DNA of 64,000 nucleotides, from positions 5,761,697 to 5,825,696 of the forward strand of contig JBLWFJ010000001.1 in NCBI GenBank assembly GCA_048320885.1, in the 5' to 3' direction. Below the pieces are notes generated by a model. It was not told where the DNA came from. It ran no database searches and saw nothing but the letters and a program-made list of their open reading frames with translations. Each line of letters starts with the position of its first letter. Positions within the stretch are counted from its first letter, which is position 1. This document shows positions 36,832-46,668 of the stretch, piece by piece. Both the position numbers and the translations under genes were made by a program. Source of the stretch: Nannocystaceae bacterium ST9. Its GTDB lineage: Bacteria; Myxococcota_A; Polyangia; Nannocystales; Nannocystaceae.

Positions 36832-38042
36832 GTCATCCCTTGCACGTCAACGCGTACACGCGGGCCATCCAGCCCTCGGCCACCTTGGTCATCTCGGCGC
36901 GAGCCGGCGAGCTCGCGGCCTCGGGTCGAACCATCTTCAAGTTCGCGGCGGGCCAGCCCGACTTCCCTCCGCCGGCGCCGATCACCGAGGCGGTGACTCG
37001 TCGGCTGCAGGGCGCCCAGGTCGGCTACTCGCCGGTGCCGGGCTTCCCCGAGCTGCGCGACGCGATCGCGGCCGAGCTCTCGCGCTTTCACGGCCGGCCC
37101 TTCTCGCGCAAGCAGATCCTGGTCTCCAACGGGGCCAAGCACACGCTGATCAACCTGCTGATGACCACGCTCGAGCCGGGCGACGAGGTGATCATCCCGG
37201 CGCCCTTCTGGGTCTCGTACCCCGAGATGGTCCGGCTCGCGAGCGGTACACCGGTGCTGGTCTCGTGCCCGCGCAGCGAGAGTTTCAAGCTCACGCCCGA
37301 GCGTCTGGCGGCCGCGCTCGGACCCAAGACCAAGTTCGTGATCGTCAACAGCCCCTCGAACCCGACCGGCATGGCCTACACGTCCGCCGAGCTGCGGGCG
37401 CTGGGCGAGGTGATCGCCGCTCGGGCGCCGCAGACCTGGGTGCTGACCGACGACATCTATCGCCGGCTCTGCTACTCGCAGGTCGAGGTAGCGTCGGCGT
37501 TTCAGGCGATGAAGGGCATCGCCGGGATCGAAGATCAGATCATCCCGATCGACGGCGTTTCGAAGAGCCACTCGATGACCGGCTGGCGGATCGGCTACCT
37601 CGCGGCGCCGCTCGAGATCGCCGAGGGCATCAACGCGCTGCAAGGTCAGATGACCTCGGGCGCGTCGACGCCGGCGCAGTGGGCCGCGCTGGCGGCCTTG
37701 ACCGACCCGCGCGTGCCGGCCGAGGTCGAGGCGATGGTCGAGAAGTTCGCCGAGCGCAAGCTCGCGATGTGCGAGGGCCTGCGCGCGAGCGGGCTCGAGT
37801 TCGTCGAGCCCGACGGAGCCTTCTACGTGTTCCCCGAGGTCAGCGACTTGCTCGGCGAGGGTCGGCGCTTCGCCGACGATCTCGGGCTGGCCAAGTGGTT
37901 GCTCGAGGATCACGGCGTCGCGACCGTGCCGGGCTCGGCCTTCGGCGCGCCGGGCCATCTGCGGCTGAGCTTCGCGACCGCGCTCGCCGAGATTCGGGCC
38001 GGCATGCAGGTGTTCGGGGCGGCCGTGGCCAGCTTGCGCTGA
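36828..38042 (+). CDS. Aspartate/aromatic aminotransferase (PLP fold type I).
   Basis: SNPTGMAYT, GVSKSHSMTGWRIGY (Lys-PLP), ...NG..G. Its ATGA overlaps the rsmD stop. Confidence 0.9.
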   Translation: MSHPLHVNAYTRAIQPSATLVISARAGELAASGRTIFKFAAGQPDFPPPAPITEAVTRRLQGAQVGYSPVPGFPELRDAIAAELSRFHGRPFSRKQILVSNGAKHTLINLLMTTLEPGDEVIIPAPFWVSYPEMVRLASGTPVLVSCPRSESFKLTPERLAAALGPKTKFVIVNSPSNPTGMAYTSAELRALGEVIAARAPQTWVLTDDIYRRLCYSQVEVASAFQAMKGIAGIEDQIIPIDGVSKSHSMTGWRIGYLAAPLEIAEGINALQGQMTSGASTPAQWAALAALTDPRVPAEVEAMVEKFAERKLAMCEGLRASGLEFVEPDGAFYVFPEVSDLLGEGRRFADDLGLAKWLLEDHGVATVPGSAFGAPGHLRLSFATALAEIRAGMQVFGAAVASLR

Positions 38043-38086
38043 GCCGCTTGCACGCCCGCGCGCGATGCCGGACGCTGCTCGACGCG

Positions 38087-39202
38087 ATGATCATCGAGGT
38101 CGAGAAGGGCAACGAGACCACGCTCGGACACATCCGCGACCTCGCCGGTCGCTACGGCAATCGAGTCGAGCTCAAGGACGGCTCGCTCTACGTGACCGCG
38201 TGGATCATCGGCGACACGCGGGCCTTCGAGACGCGCACCGACTACCTGCGCGGGCTGCCGGGCGTGAAGCGGGCGTGGCGGGTCGCGGCCGAGTACAAGA
38301 ACATCGCTCGGGTCGTGCGCAGCGAAGACGGCCGCGCGCACGTCCGCGAGCGCCGGCCGGTCGGCGTGAAGGGGCTCGACGGTCACGTGCGTCGGTTCGG
38401 CGCCGGCAAGCACATCTTCGTGGTCGGGCCCGACTCGGCCCAGGATCTCCAGCAGGTCCTGACGATCGCCCGCGGAGCGCGAGACATGGCCGAGAAGTTC
38501 GGGATCCTCGATCGCGTGATGCTGCGCGGCGGCGCGTTCAAGCCCCGCACCCGGCCGACCGACTGGCGCGGGCACGGCATGAAGGGCGTAGCGATGCTCG
38601 ACGCCGGCCGCGAGGAGAGCGGGCTGCCCTACGTCACCGAGGTCATGGATCACAACCTGGTCGAGGAGATGGCCGAGCACGCCGACATGCTGCAGATCGG
38701 CACCCGCAACGCGCAAAACTTCGATCTCCACGAGGCGGTCGGGCGCTCGGGCAAGCCGGCCATTCTCAAGCGCGGGTTCGGCAACGAGGCCAAAGAGTGG
38801 TTCTACGCGGCCGAGTACATCGCCAATCAGGGCAACCTCGACATCGTGCTGTGCGAGCGGGGCATGAAGACGCTCTACACCAAGGGCGGATATTGCCGCT
38901 TTCACCCCGACTTCAACGTGATCACGCATTGCCGCAAAGAGACGATCCTGCCGGTGATCTTCGATCCGAGTCACCCGGCCGGCGATCATCAGATCGTCGG
39001 GCAGAACATGATCGCCTCGCTCGCGTACCTGGCCGACGGGACGATCACCGAGACCCTGCACGAGGAGAGCTTCCGCGAGCAGCAGCTCTGCGACGCCTCG
39101 CAGGCGCTCTCGATGGAGAAGTACGCCCGGCTGGTCGAGGCCGTGCTGGAGTTCGAGCAGAAGATCACGCCGATCCTGCGCGAAGTGTCCGACGAGGCCT
39201 GA
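38087..39202 (+). CDS. 3-deoxy-D-arabino-heptulosonate-7-phosphate (DAHP) synthase, type Ibeta, with an N-terminal ferredoxin-like regulatory domain (Thermotoga-type).
   Basis: N-terminus MIIEVEKGNETTL... resembles T. maritima DAHPS MIVVLKPGSTEE. The core has RGGAFKPRT, LQIGTRNAQNF, KRGF, LCERG and DPSH. Confidence 0.9.
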   Translation: MIIEVEKGNETTLGHIRDLAGRYGNRVELKDGSLYVTAWIIGDTRAFETRTDYLRGLPGVKRAWRVAAEYKNIARVVRSEDGRAHVRERRPVGVKGLDGHVRRFGAGKHIFVVGPDSAQDLQQVLTIARGARDMAEKFGILDRVMLRGGAFKPRTRPTDWRGHGMKGVAMLDAGREESGLPYVTEVMDHNLVEEMAEHADMLQIGTRNAQNFDLHEAVGRSGKPAILKRGFGNEAKEWFYAAEYIANQGNLDIVLCERGMKTLYTKGGYCRFHPDFNVITHCRKETILPVIFDPSHPAGDHQIVGQNMIASLAYLADGTITETLHEESFREQQLCDASQALSMEKYARLVEAVLEFEQKITPILREVSDEA

Positions 39203-40105
39203 TCAGCTCAGCAGCCGCAGGGCCGCCGGCTCGATCGCGAGCTCGAAGCGGCTCGACTTCACCAGGATCTCGCCGTCGCCGTAGAAGCGGACCTCGTGAT
39301 CGGCGGTGATCGTGGCCCGGCGCGTGCGGATGATTCGCAGGTCGCGGGTCGAGGGCGTGCGCTGGACGATCGCGGCGAGCAGGCGCAGCAGGGGCACGCG
39401 GCCGCGCGGGAGCAGAATGCACAATTCGAACAGCCCGTCGGAATTGTGCGCGTCGCGGACGACCTGCAAGGTCCGCGCGAAGGTCGATTGATTGGTCACG
39501 AAGAGCCCGTGCGATTGCACGCTCGTGCGCCGCCACTCGCCGGTGCCCGGATCCTCCCATTCGACGTCGAGCCGATGCAGTGGCAGCGTGCGCAGGCAAC
39601 ATTGCGCGCCGATCACCGGATAGAGCGAGACGCCGAGATCGTCGATCCAGCCGCCGCGGCCCTCGTTGCGCAATTGATTGACGCGATGGGCGATCTCGGC
39701 CGGCAACCCGAGCCCGCCGGTCGTGCAAAATCGCTGATCGTCGACGCGCACGACGTCGATCCGACAGGCCGAGCGCAGCACGAAGCTGCCGAGGTGGCCG
39801 GGGTTGCGCCGGACCCCGAGGAAGCGGGCGAGATCGTTGGCGGTGCCGAGCGGGAGCAGGGCCAGGGCGTCGCGCTCGCGCATGGCCTGCAGGGCGAGGT
39901 TGGCCGTGCCGTCGCCGCCCGCCGCGATGATCACGTCGGGCTCGTAGTCGTGCAGGAGCCGGCGCAGCGAGCCGGGGTCGTCGGTGGTCAGTCGCTCGCT
40001 GCTCGGGAAGGCGCGGGCGACCTCGCGGTCGAATTCGTGGCGGGCCGGCCCGAGCCGATCGACGGTCGGCGGGGTCATCAAGAGCAGCGCGCGGCTCGGC
40101 GTCAT
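39203..40105 (-). CDS. Diacylglycerol-kinase-catalytic-domain (YegS/BmrU-like) lipid kinase.
   Basis: DVIIAAGGDGTANLAL...LALLPLGTANDLAR. A GGAGG RBS sits 7 nt upstream of the ATG at 40105. It is the last gene of the overlapping minus-strand operon. Confidence 0.8.
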   Translation of the reverse strand: MTPSRALLLMTPPTVDRLGPARHEFDREVARAFPSSERLTTDDPGSLRRLLHDYEPDVIIAAGGDGTANLALQAMRERDALALLPLGTANDLARFLGVRRNPGHLGSFVLRSACRIDVVRVDDQRFCTTGGLGLPAEIAHRVNQLRNEGRGGWIDDLGVSLYPVIGAQCCLRTLPLHRLDVEWEDPGTGEWRRTSVQSHGLFVTNQSTFARTLQVVRDAHNSDGLFELCILLPRGRVPLLRLLAAIVQRTPSTRDLRIIRTRRATITADHEVRFYGDGEILVKSSRFELAIEPAALRLLS

Positions 40106-40692
40106 CCGATCCTCCGCTTGAGCCCGAGCGCGACCATGATCGCGGCGACGGCCGGATGGACCAGCACCGTGACCAGCAGCAAGGTGAGCACGAAGGCCGG
40201 CGAGGGCACCCGCCAGACGGCCAAGGCGATCAGCACGGCGATCGTGCTGTCGACCTGATCGGCCAGCCAGAACAGCCGACGCAGCCGCTCGGGCGCCGGC
40301 TCGCCGGGGTCGATGTCGAGTTGGCGCTTGATGAAGCTGTTGGGCAGCTCGCCGACGATGTACGCGACGCCGAGCGCCAGGCCGAGCCCGAGCGAGCCGA
40401 GCTGGGCGAGCGGGATGAAGCGCAAGCTGGGGTCGAGGCCGAGCCCGAGCGCGACGGCGTCGACGACCAGCGTCCACGCCACACAGGCGGCGATCATGAT
40501 CATCGCGCCGCGCAGGGTCTTGTTGGCGCCGAAGAGCGGGCGCCCGCGAAATTCGAGCCCGCCGTCGAGCCGGATTCGAGCCAGCTCGGCCAGCAGGTCG
40601 CGCTTGATCGCGATCACGTGGGTGAGCCCGGCGAGCGTGACCGGCAGCGCCAACCACAGCGCCTGGGCGATCGTGCCGTATTCGCCGGTCAT
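40102..40692 (-). CDS. CTP-transferase-1 superfamily membrane protein (CarS/CdsA-like cytidylyltransferase), 196 aa.
   Basis: Polytopic. Motifs GANKTLRGA and GELPNSFIKRQLDIDPG resemble the K-T-x-R/E-G and S-F-x-K-R signature region of CDP-archaeol/CDP-DAG synthases. It has 4-nt overlaps with the genes on both sides. Confidence 0.55.
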   Translation of the reverse strand: MTGEYGTIAQALWLALPVTLAGLTHVIAIKRDLLAELARIRLDGGLEFRGRPLFGANKTLRGAMIMIAACVAWTLVVDAVALGLGLDPSLRFIPLAQLGSLGLGLALGVAYIVGELPNSFIKRQLDIDPGEPAPERLRRLFWLADQVDSTIAVLIALAVWRVPSPAFVLTLLLVTVLVHPAVAAIMVALGLKRRIG

Positions 40693-41507
40693 GCTCGCCA
40701 GCCCTCCGGGTAGGCCAGATAGAGCGCGCGTAGCTCGTCGCGATGGCGGAGCAGATCGGGCAATTCCCAATCGTGCGTGTCGATCGGCGAATGGGCGTAG
40801 ACATGGATCTCGCCCGGGCGCGTGCGAAATCCGGTACCTGGATTGATGCGACGCGGGACGTCGATGTAGACCGGGACGATCGGCCAGCCGAGCTCGGTCG
40901 CGAGGTGAAAGGTGCCCTTGTTGAAGGGTCCGACCCCGCCGGTGGTCCAGCGCGTGCCCTCGGGGGTCAAGAACACGGAGTCTCGGGTCTCGCGGAGGAT
41001 CGCCTCGGCCCGGGCAAAGCAGCGCACGCGCTCGGCGGGCAGCGATTGCGGCGGGGTGAAGAAGGTCCCGGTCGACCAGCCGAGGATCGCGAGCGGCGGA
41101 TAGAGCTTGGTCCAGCGCGACATGAACGATCGCTTGTGGGCGATCGGCAGCATGCTGATCACGAAGAGATCGAGGGTCGACGAGTGGTTGCCGGTGACGA
41201 TGCAGGGGCTGGGCAGGTCCTCGAATCCATGCATGTGCACGTCGATCCGCAGCAGCCTCATGATCAGCCGCGCGCCGGCCGGGGCGATCACGTCGAGACA
41301 GAAGCGGCGCGCACGAAAGCCGGTGATCAGGTGAGCGAGCACGCAGACGATCGCGACGGCGAGCATGACCAGGTTCACGACCGTCCAGCCGAGCACGCCA
41401 CGCAGGCGCAGGTACACGCGATCGCCCAGGCCCTCGATCGATTCGAGCACCGGCTCGCTCTTGCCCGGCCCGCGCAGCTTGGCCTTGCGCTCGGCGTTGA
41501 GGCTCAC
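40689..41507 (-). CDS. 1-acyl-sn-glycerol-3-phosphate acyltransferase-like protein (PlsC/LPLAT family).
   Basis: VTGNHSSTLD (HX4D) and TPEGTR motifs. GTG start at 41507, with a GGAGG 6 nt upstream. Confidence 0.8.
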   Translation of the reverse strand: MSLNAERKAKLRGPGKSEPVLESIEGLGDRVYLRLRGVLGWTVVNLVMLAVAIVCVLAHLITGFRARRFCLDVIAPAGARLIMRLLRIDVHMHGFEDLPSPCIVTGNHSSTLDLFVISMLPIAHKRSFMSRWTKLYPPLAILGWSTGTFFTPPQSLPAERVRCFARAEAILRETRDSVFLTPEGTRWTTGGVGPFNKGTFHLATELGWPIVPVYIDVPRRINPGTGFRTRPGEIHVYAHSPIDTHDWELPDLLRHRDELRALYLAYPEGWRA

Positions 41508-42430
41508 GCTCGCCTCCGGCACACGACCGTCTGCATCGCGAGGTTGAGCCGGCGCTCGAACGCCAGCACCGGCGCGAGCGCGAGCTGGCCGGCGAAGTAG
41601 GGGTAGATCATTTTGTCGAGGTCGAGCCCCTTGCCCGCGAGCAGCTTGAACGCGGTCCCACAAAACAAGTAGAAGTAGGGCGGGAAGGCGCCGTAGGGCA
41701 GGTATTCGACCACGTCGAGACCGGCCTTGCGCACGAACGCGAGCAGCTTGGCGCGATCGTAGAGCACGGTGTGCTGAGGCGCCTGCAGGCCTGGCCAGCG
41801 ATCGCCGAAGAGCCGGAAGCTGACGCTGTCGAGCCGCGGCACCTCGATCACCAGCCGGCCTTCGTCGGCCAGCTTGTCGCGCGCGGTCGCCAGGCTGCGC
41901 AGCGGATCGTAGTCGTGCTCGAGGAAGTGCCACATCGTGATCAGGTCGAAGCCGCGATCGGGCAGGTCTTGCTCGTAGAAGAGCCCGTGGCGAAAGTCGA
42001 TCGCCTCGAAGCCGGGGTGGTGGCTGCAATCCTCGAAGTCGACGCCGGTCAGCCGGCAGCCGTAGCGCTGGCCGAGCCGAATCAAGAACGACCCGACCGC
42101 ACAGCCGACGTCGAGCACCCGCGTGGCTCGGCCGAGCCCGACGTAGCGGTGGACGAGCGCGTCCTTGTCGCGATCGTGCTTGGACATCGCCCACTCGTAG
42201 AGCGGCGCGAGCGGGCCCCAGTCGGTCTTCTTGCGATGGGCGATGTACTCGTCGTCGTAGTAGAATTTGATCGCGTCGAGATCGAGGCGCGGGTTTTGAA
42301 ACACGAGCCCGCAGTCGTCGCAGCGCACGAAGGTGAAGGTGCCGGGCTTGCCGGTCAGATCTTCTTGGGCGTCGATGAAGTGGGAGTGGCGGGCGCTACC
42401 GCAGTAGTAGCAATCGAGCGTCTCGAGCAT
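41504..42430 (-). CDS. Class I SAM-dependent methyltransferase with an N-terminal Cys4 zinc ribbon.
   Basis: CYYCGS...CDDCG followed by VLDVGCAVGSF (motif I) and DLITMWHFLEH. It overlaps PlsC by 4 nt. Confidence 0.8.
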   Translation of the reverse strand: MLETLDCYYCGSARHSHFIDAQEDLTGKPGTFTFVRCDDCGLVFQNPRLDLDAIKFYYDDEYIAHRKKTDWGPLAPLYEWAMSKHDRDKDALVHRYVGLGRATRVLDVGCAVGSFLIRLGQRYGCRLTGVDFEDCSHHPGFEAIDFRHGLFYEQDLPDRGFDLITMWHFLEHDYDPLRSLATARDKLADEGRLVIEVPRLDSVSFRLFGDRWPGLQAPQHTVLYDRAKLLAFVRKAGLDVVEYLPYGAFPPYFYLFCGTAFKLLAGKGLDLDKMIYPYFAGQLALAPVLAFERRLNLAMQTVVCRRRA

Positions 42431-43149
42431 GCGGGGCTCCAGTCGCGGCGGGCGACTCGAAGAAGGACCAGACGAACACGAGGACCAAGAAGATGGGCAG
42501 GCCGCGACCGGCTAGCGCCCGGGTGGCGGCGAACGACCACAGGCCGACCAGCAGGGCCAACCACGCGATGTCGCCGGGGCCGATCACGAAGCCGGCGAGC
42601 GCGAGGAAGGCGAAGAGCAGGCCGAACAGGCGAGGCGCGGCGTCGGAACGGCGGCGCAGCTCGGGGTCGTCGGCGCGCTCGAAGATCGCGAAGCCGAGGT
42701 AGATCAGCGTGGCGCCGATCCAGCCGAGCTCGCCGAGCAGCGCGACGAAGGCCGGATACTTGAGCAACACCCAGCGATGCCGAGCCGGCAGCCCGACGCG
42801 CTCGGCCAGTTCGAACGCCGCGGCGAGCCCGAGCAGCAGGGCCGCGCGCTCGGGCGAGTGGACGAGCGCGAGCACCAGGCAGGCGAGCGCCAGGCCGATC
42901 GCGTGGGCGAGCTCGAGCGGTCGCGTCGACGTGGCGCGGACCAGTACGCGCTCGGGGTGGAGCAGGGCGTCGCGCGAGCGCTCGGCGAGGTCGTCGCGCA
43001 GACGAAACACGGCGAGCAGCAAGAAGGCCAGGCTGGTCGCGGGCGCGCGGCCGAGCTCGAGGTCGCCGCCGAGCAGGACCAGCAGCACGGCGAGCGGGCC
43101 GAAGCGGGCCAAGGGCAGGCGTTCGCGGATCCATGCACGCACGAGGTTC
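42396..43149 (-). CDS. Polytopic integral membrane protein, function unknown (250 aa).
   Basis: Six or more hydrophobic helices. It is the only coding-looking part of the 1100-aa track ORF. It overlaps the methyltransferase gene and the upstream PEP-utilising gene start region. Confidence 0.5.
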
Positions 43150-45715
43150 ATGAGGGCTCCTGGTCGAGTCGGCGGACGCGGCCGAGGTCGCCGTCGACCT
43201 CGATCGCCTGGTCGGATCGAAGGATTCGCGTGGCGTCGGGCACCGCGATCACGCCGGGGATCCCGAACTCGCGCGCGACGATCGCCCCGTGCGAGAGCAT
43301 GCCGCCGCGCTCCATCACCAGGCCCTTGGCGAGGAAGAAGAGCGGCGCCCAGCCGGGATCGGTCTGGCGGGTGACCAGGCAGTCGCCGCGGCGGAACTGG
43401 TCGGCGTCGGCGAGATCCTCGAGCACGCGCGCGGGGCCGATCGCTCGCCCTCCGGCCACGCCCACGCCGGTCAGGACTTCGGCGTCGCGATCGAACTCGC
43501 TCTCGATCGGCGAACCCTCGAGGTAGGTGCCGACCGGCAGACGCACGCTGTCGGGCGGGCGCTGCTCGGACAGCCGAGCGTGCTCGCGGCGACGCAGGAC
43601 GATCAGCTCGCCGGTCAGCGCGGGGAACATCGCGTGGCCGCCCAGCCAGTCGTCGATCTCGCGCCAGCTCAGGAAGAGCAGATCGTCGGGGGCCGCGAGG
43701 CGATGCTCGGCGTGCAGTCGCTCGCCGAGCCGACGGATCAACATGCGCAGCCGACTGTAGAGCAGGGCCTGCTTCAAGCGGGCGCGCTCGCGGTAGCCGA
43801 TCGCTCGCTGGGTCATTCGCAGCGCGCGATCGAACGCGAAGCGCCACCCGAACCCGAGCCGCCCGCGGACCTCGGCGACCACCCGATCGCGGCGCTCGGC
43901 CTGCGCGGCCGTGGTCTCGCACGGCGAGGGACCCTCGAGCTCGAGGTAGGGCGCGAGCACGGGCAGCAGCGCGGCGGGCTGCTCGAGGTAGCTGCGCGTG
44001 GTCAGCATCAGCTCGCCGGAGATCCGGTAGCCCCAGTCGCGCAGGTAGTCGTCGAAGGCCCGGCGAAACTCGGCGTGGCGATCGTGGGTGCGGATCTGGG
44101 CGAGCAGGGCCTCGGGGTCGCGGGTCGCGAGTCGAGTGAAGCCGTCGCGCAGCTCGACGTCGGCCCGAGCGATCCGCGAGAGCGCCCACAGGCCCTCGAT
44201 CGGCCCGGAGCTGACCACGTCGGGGATCGCCAGCAAGAGCGTCTGCGGCAGTCGCTGGGCGGCCGTGGGCCCGAGCGAACGGGCGAGGATCCTGCGCAGC
44301 AGTGCGTAGGCGAGCGTGGCCGCGAGGTCGGCCAGCGACGCGTCGGCCCACTGGTGAAAGCGAATGTCGAGGAAGCCGCGAAAGCGCGCGAGCAGGTCGG
44401 CGATCGTGACGTCGGCGCTCGCGAGCTCGCCGAGCGCGTCGATGTCCGCGACCCAGCGATCGACCCGTGCTTCGAAGCGCGGCAGTCGACGCGGCAGCGA
44501 GGCGAGCGAGCGGGTGGCGATCACGAGCACGCGGATCAGGTCGGTGGTCGTGGAGGGCGTTTCGCCGCCGCTCGCCTTCATGCTCGGTGCTCGGCCGCCC
44601 TCTTCGTCCACGCCGACGAAGCCGTCGAAGGCCGCGGCGAGCTGACTGCCGAAGGGCGCGGCGCGGATGCAGGCGTGAATGTGGGTCAGGTCGTAGTAGA
44701 GCCGGGCCCCGTGCACGCCCACGCAGTGGCGCAGCGGATGCTCGATCGACGCGAGCACCGACTCGCGCACGCCGAGCAGGCGCCCGAGGTTGCGAAAGTA
44801 GTGCTCGTAGGCCTCGCCGGCGATCGAGTAGAGCAGCGGCGAGATCGGCCGCGGGTAGTTCTCGTTGACGTTGACGTTCGAGAACACCTGGGTGGGTCCA
44901 CGCGACGCGGGCGACCCGGGTGATGTCGTGATCGCTCGGCTCTGGACGATCCAGAGCTGGCCGGCACGATCGATCACCCACTCGACGTCCTGCGGGCCGC
45001 CGAGCGCTCGCTCGAGTCGCAGGCCGATCGCCGCGAGCTCGGCGAACTCGGCCGGCGGCGCGTGGTCGCGGGCGAAGCTCGCCCGCAGGGGATCGACGGC
45101 GCCCGCGACCAGCTCGGCGGGGTGGCCCTCGACGTACTCGATCGCGATCGCCTCGGGGTCGCTCGGCGAGCGCGTGAACAAGACGCCGCCGCGCGCCGGG
45201 TCGATCATCCGCTGCACGATCACGCCCATGCCTCGCAGTCGCCGACCGCGGGCGCGCTGATAGAAGAGCGAGCGCGCCGACCAGTACGAGCCCCAGCAGA
45301 TCCGCAGCGCTCGCTCGAGCTGCGCGGGCGTGCGGACCTCGAGCACCGAGTCGAGCTGGCCGGCGAACGAGTCGGCCTCGGAGTCCTCGCCGAGCGCCGA
45401 GCTGCGCACGATCCACGCGCCCTCGCCGGGCCAGGCGGCGAGCAGCGCGGACCAACACTCGGGCGGGATCGTGGCCTGATCGACGAGCGCCTGCATGGCC
45501 GCGGCCGCGCGGGTGAAGCTGGCCGGATCGTCGAGCGCCAGCGTCTGCTCGGCCAGCGCGGCGTCGAGTCGGTTGAGCGCGACGAAGCGATCGAAGACCT
45601 CGCGCTCGACGACCAGGCCCTCGGGCACCGGGAGCGCTAGCCCGATCAGCCGCGCGAGGTTGGCCGCCTTGCCACCGACCCGCTCGGGGTCGCTGCACTC
45701 CGCGAGCGCGAGCAT
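43148..45715 (-). CDS. PEP-utilising enzyme (phosphoenolpyruvate synthase / pyruvate-phosphate dikinase-like; PPDK_N ATP-grasp plus a C-terminal mobile phosphohistidine domain). Likely a small-molecule or lipid phosphotransferase.
   Basis: N-terminus GGKAANLARL...WIVRSSALGEDSEADSFAGQ. C-terminus GDCLVTRQTDPGWAPLF...ERGGMLSHGAIVAREFGIPGV (catalytic His). Its ATG overlaps the desaturase stop (TGATG). Confidence 0.85.
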   Translation of the reverse strand: MLALAECSDPERVGGKAANLARLIGLALPVPEGLVVEREVFDRFVALNRLDAALAEQTLALDDPASFTRAAAAMQALVDQATIPPECWSALLAAWPGEGAWIVRSSALGEDSEADSFAGQLDSVLEVRTPAQLERALRICWGSYWSARSLFYQRARGRRLRGMGVIVQRMIDPARGGVLFTRSPSDPEAIAIEYVEGHPAELVAGAVDPLRASFARDHAPPAEFAELAAIGLRLERALGGPQDVEWVIDRAGQLWIVQSRAITTSPGSPASRGPTQVFSNVNVNENYPRPISPLLYSIAGEAYEHYFRNLGRLLGVRESVLASIEHPLRHCVGVHGARLYYDLTHIHACIRAAPFGSQLAAAFDGFVGVDEEGGRAPSMKASGGETPSTTTDLIRVLVIATRSLASLPRRLPRFEARVDRWVADIDALGELASADVTIADLLARFRGFLDIRFHQWADASLADLAATLAYALLRRILARSLGPTAAQRLPQTLLLAIPDVVSSGPIEGLWALSRIARADVELRDGFTRLATRDPEALLAQIRTHDRHAEFRRAFDDYLRDWGYRISGELMLTTRSYLEQPAALLPVLAPYLELEGPSPCETTAAQAERRDRVVAEVRGRLGFGWRFAFDRALRMTQRAIGYRERARLKQALLYSRLRMLIRRLGERLHAEHRLAAPDDLLFLSWREIDDWLGGHAMFPALTGELIVLRRREHARLSEQRPPDSVRLPVGTYLEGSPIESEFDRDAEVLTGVGVAGGRAIGPARVLEDLADADQFRRGDCLVTRQTDPGWAPLFFLAKGLVMERGGMLSHGAIVAREFGIPGVIAVPDATRILRSDQAIEVDGDLGRVRRLDQEPS

Positions 45716-46668
45716 CAGATGTCGAGCCCCGACTGATCGCGGTTGGAGTAGAGGAACACGTGGGCGGGGATCCGCTTGGCCGCGAGCGCCCAGGCCAAGG
45801 GCGCGACCTCGCCGGGCATCGGTCGACGGATCTTCGCGAGTCGGTAGCCGGGCGTGCGCGGCAGCTCGTGGTGGAGCTCGTGGGCGTCGAAGCCCAGAAA
45901 GAGCCAGCGCGAGATCCAGCCCGGGCAGCGGAGTGAGCGAGTGAAGCGGACCTGATCGGCGTAGGCGAAGGGCTCGACCTCGCGTTCGCCGGCGACCTGC
46001 ATGGGCACGTGGGTATGCTGGCTGAGCAGGACCACGTCGAGGATCTGGTTGGAGACGAGCAAGGGCAGCCCGATCACCTTCACGATCGGACCGAGCCCGA
46101 ACAGCGCGATCGAGCCGACCAACACGATCGAATAGAACCCGGCCTGCACGAGCACGGCGCGACGATGCCGACGGCGATGGACGGGGCGCGGGAACAGCTC
46201 GTACAAGCGCGGCAGGTTCCAGTAGTTGTTGAGCCGGTAGACCACCGCGAACACGGGGATCCACAGCCGCCAGCACCAGTCCATCGCGAACTTGGTCAGC
46301 GGCGGCAGCTCGCGCGGGACCAGGATGTTGGTGGTCGGGTCCTTGTCTTGCCAGCCGGTCCAGCGGTGGTGCTGATGGTGGATCGCTCGCCAGGTCGCGA
46401 AGGGAAACCCGGCGAACAACCCGGCGACGTGACCGACGATCACGTCGAGCCGCGGCGTGGCGAACAGCGTCGCGTGGCCACACTCGTGCAGGACGAAGAA
46501 CCACTGCAACAGGCAGCCGGTCAGCAGCAGGGTGCCGAGGCCCCAGGCGAGCCAGGAGTCCTGGCTGGCGAGCACGAGCCCTGCCGCGCTCGCGAGCGCG
46601 AGCCGAAACGTGATCCATGCGCCGATCCAGTCGCTCGAGCGCAGGTCGTGGGACTCTCGATCACGCAT
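45715..46668 (-). CDS. Membrane fatty-acid desaturase family protein (di-iron, three His boxes).
   Basis: HECGH, HHQHHRW, HELHH. 317 aa from MRDRESHDL. Confidence 0.8.
   Translation of the reverse strand: MRDRESHDLRSSDWIGAWITFRLALASAAGLVLASQDSWLAWGLGTLLLTGCLLQWFFVLHECGHATLFATPRLDVIVGHVAGLFAGFPFATWRAIHHQHHRWTGWQDKDPTTNILVPRELPPLTKFAMDWCWRLWIPVFAVVYRLNNYWNLPRLYELFPRPVHRRRHRRAVLVQAGFYSIVLVGSIALFGLGPIVKVIGLPLLVSNQILDVVLLSQHTHVPMQVAGEREVEPFAYADQVRFTRSLRCPGWISRWLFLGFDAHELHHELPRTPGYRLAKIRRPMPGEVAPLAWALAAKRIPAHVFLYSNRDQSGLDI

Noticed and set aside
36678-38086. N-terminal 450 aa of track ORF 36728..39202, fused in frame to DAHP synthase.
   Set aside because: This region is occupied in another frame by the aminotransferase gene with clear PLP motifs. 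The DAHP synthase N-terminus aligns with Thermotoga-type DAHPS starting at MIIEVEKG (38087).
42396-45698. 1100-aa minus-strand ORF.
   Set aside because: Only the C-terminal 250 aa (membrane protein, 42396-43149) looks coding. The rest is the wrong frame of the PEP-utilising enzyme gene.
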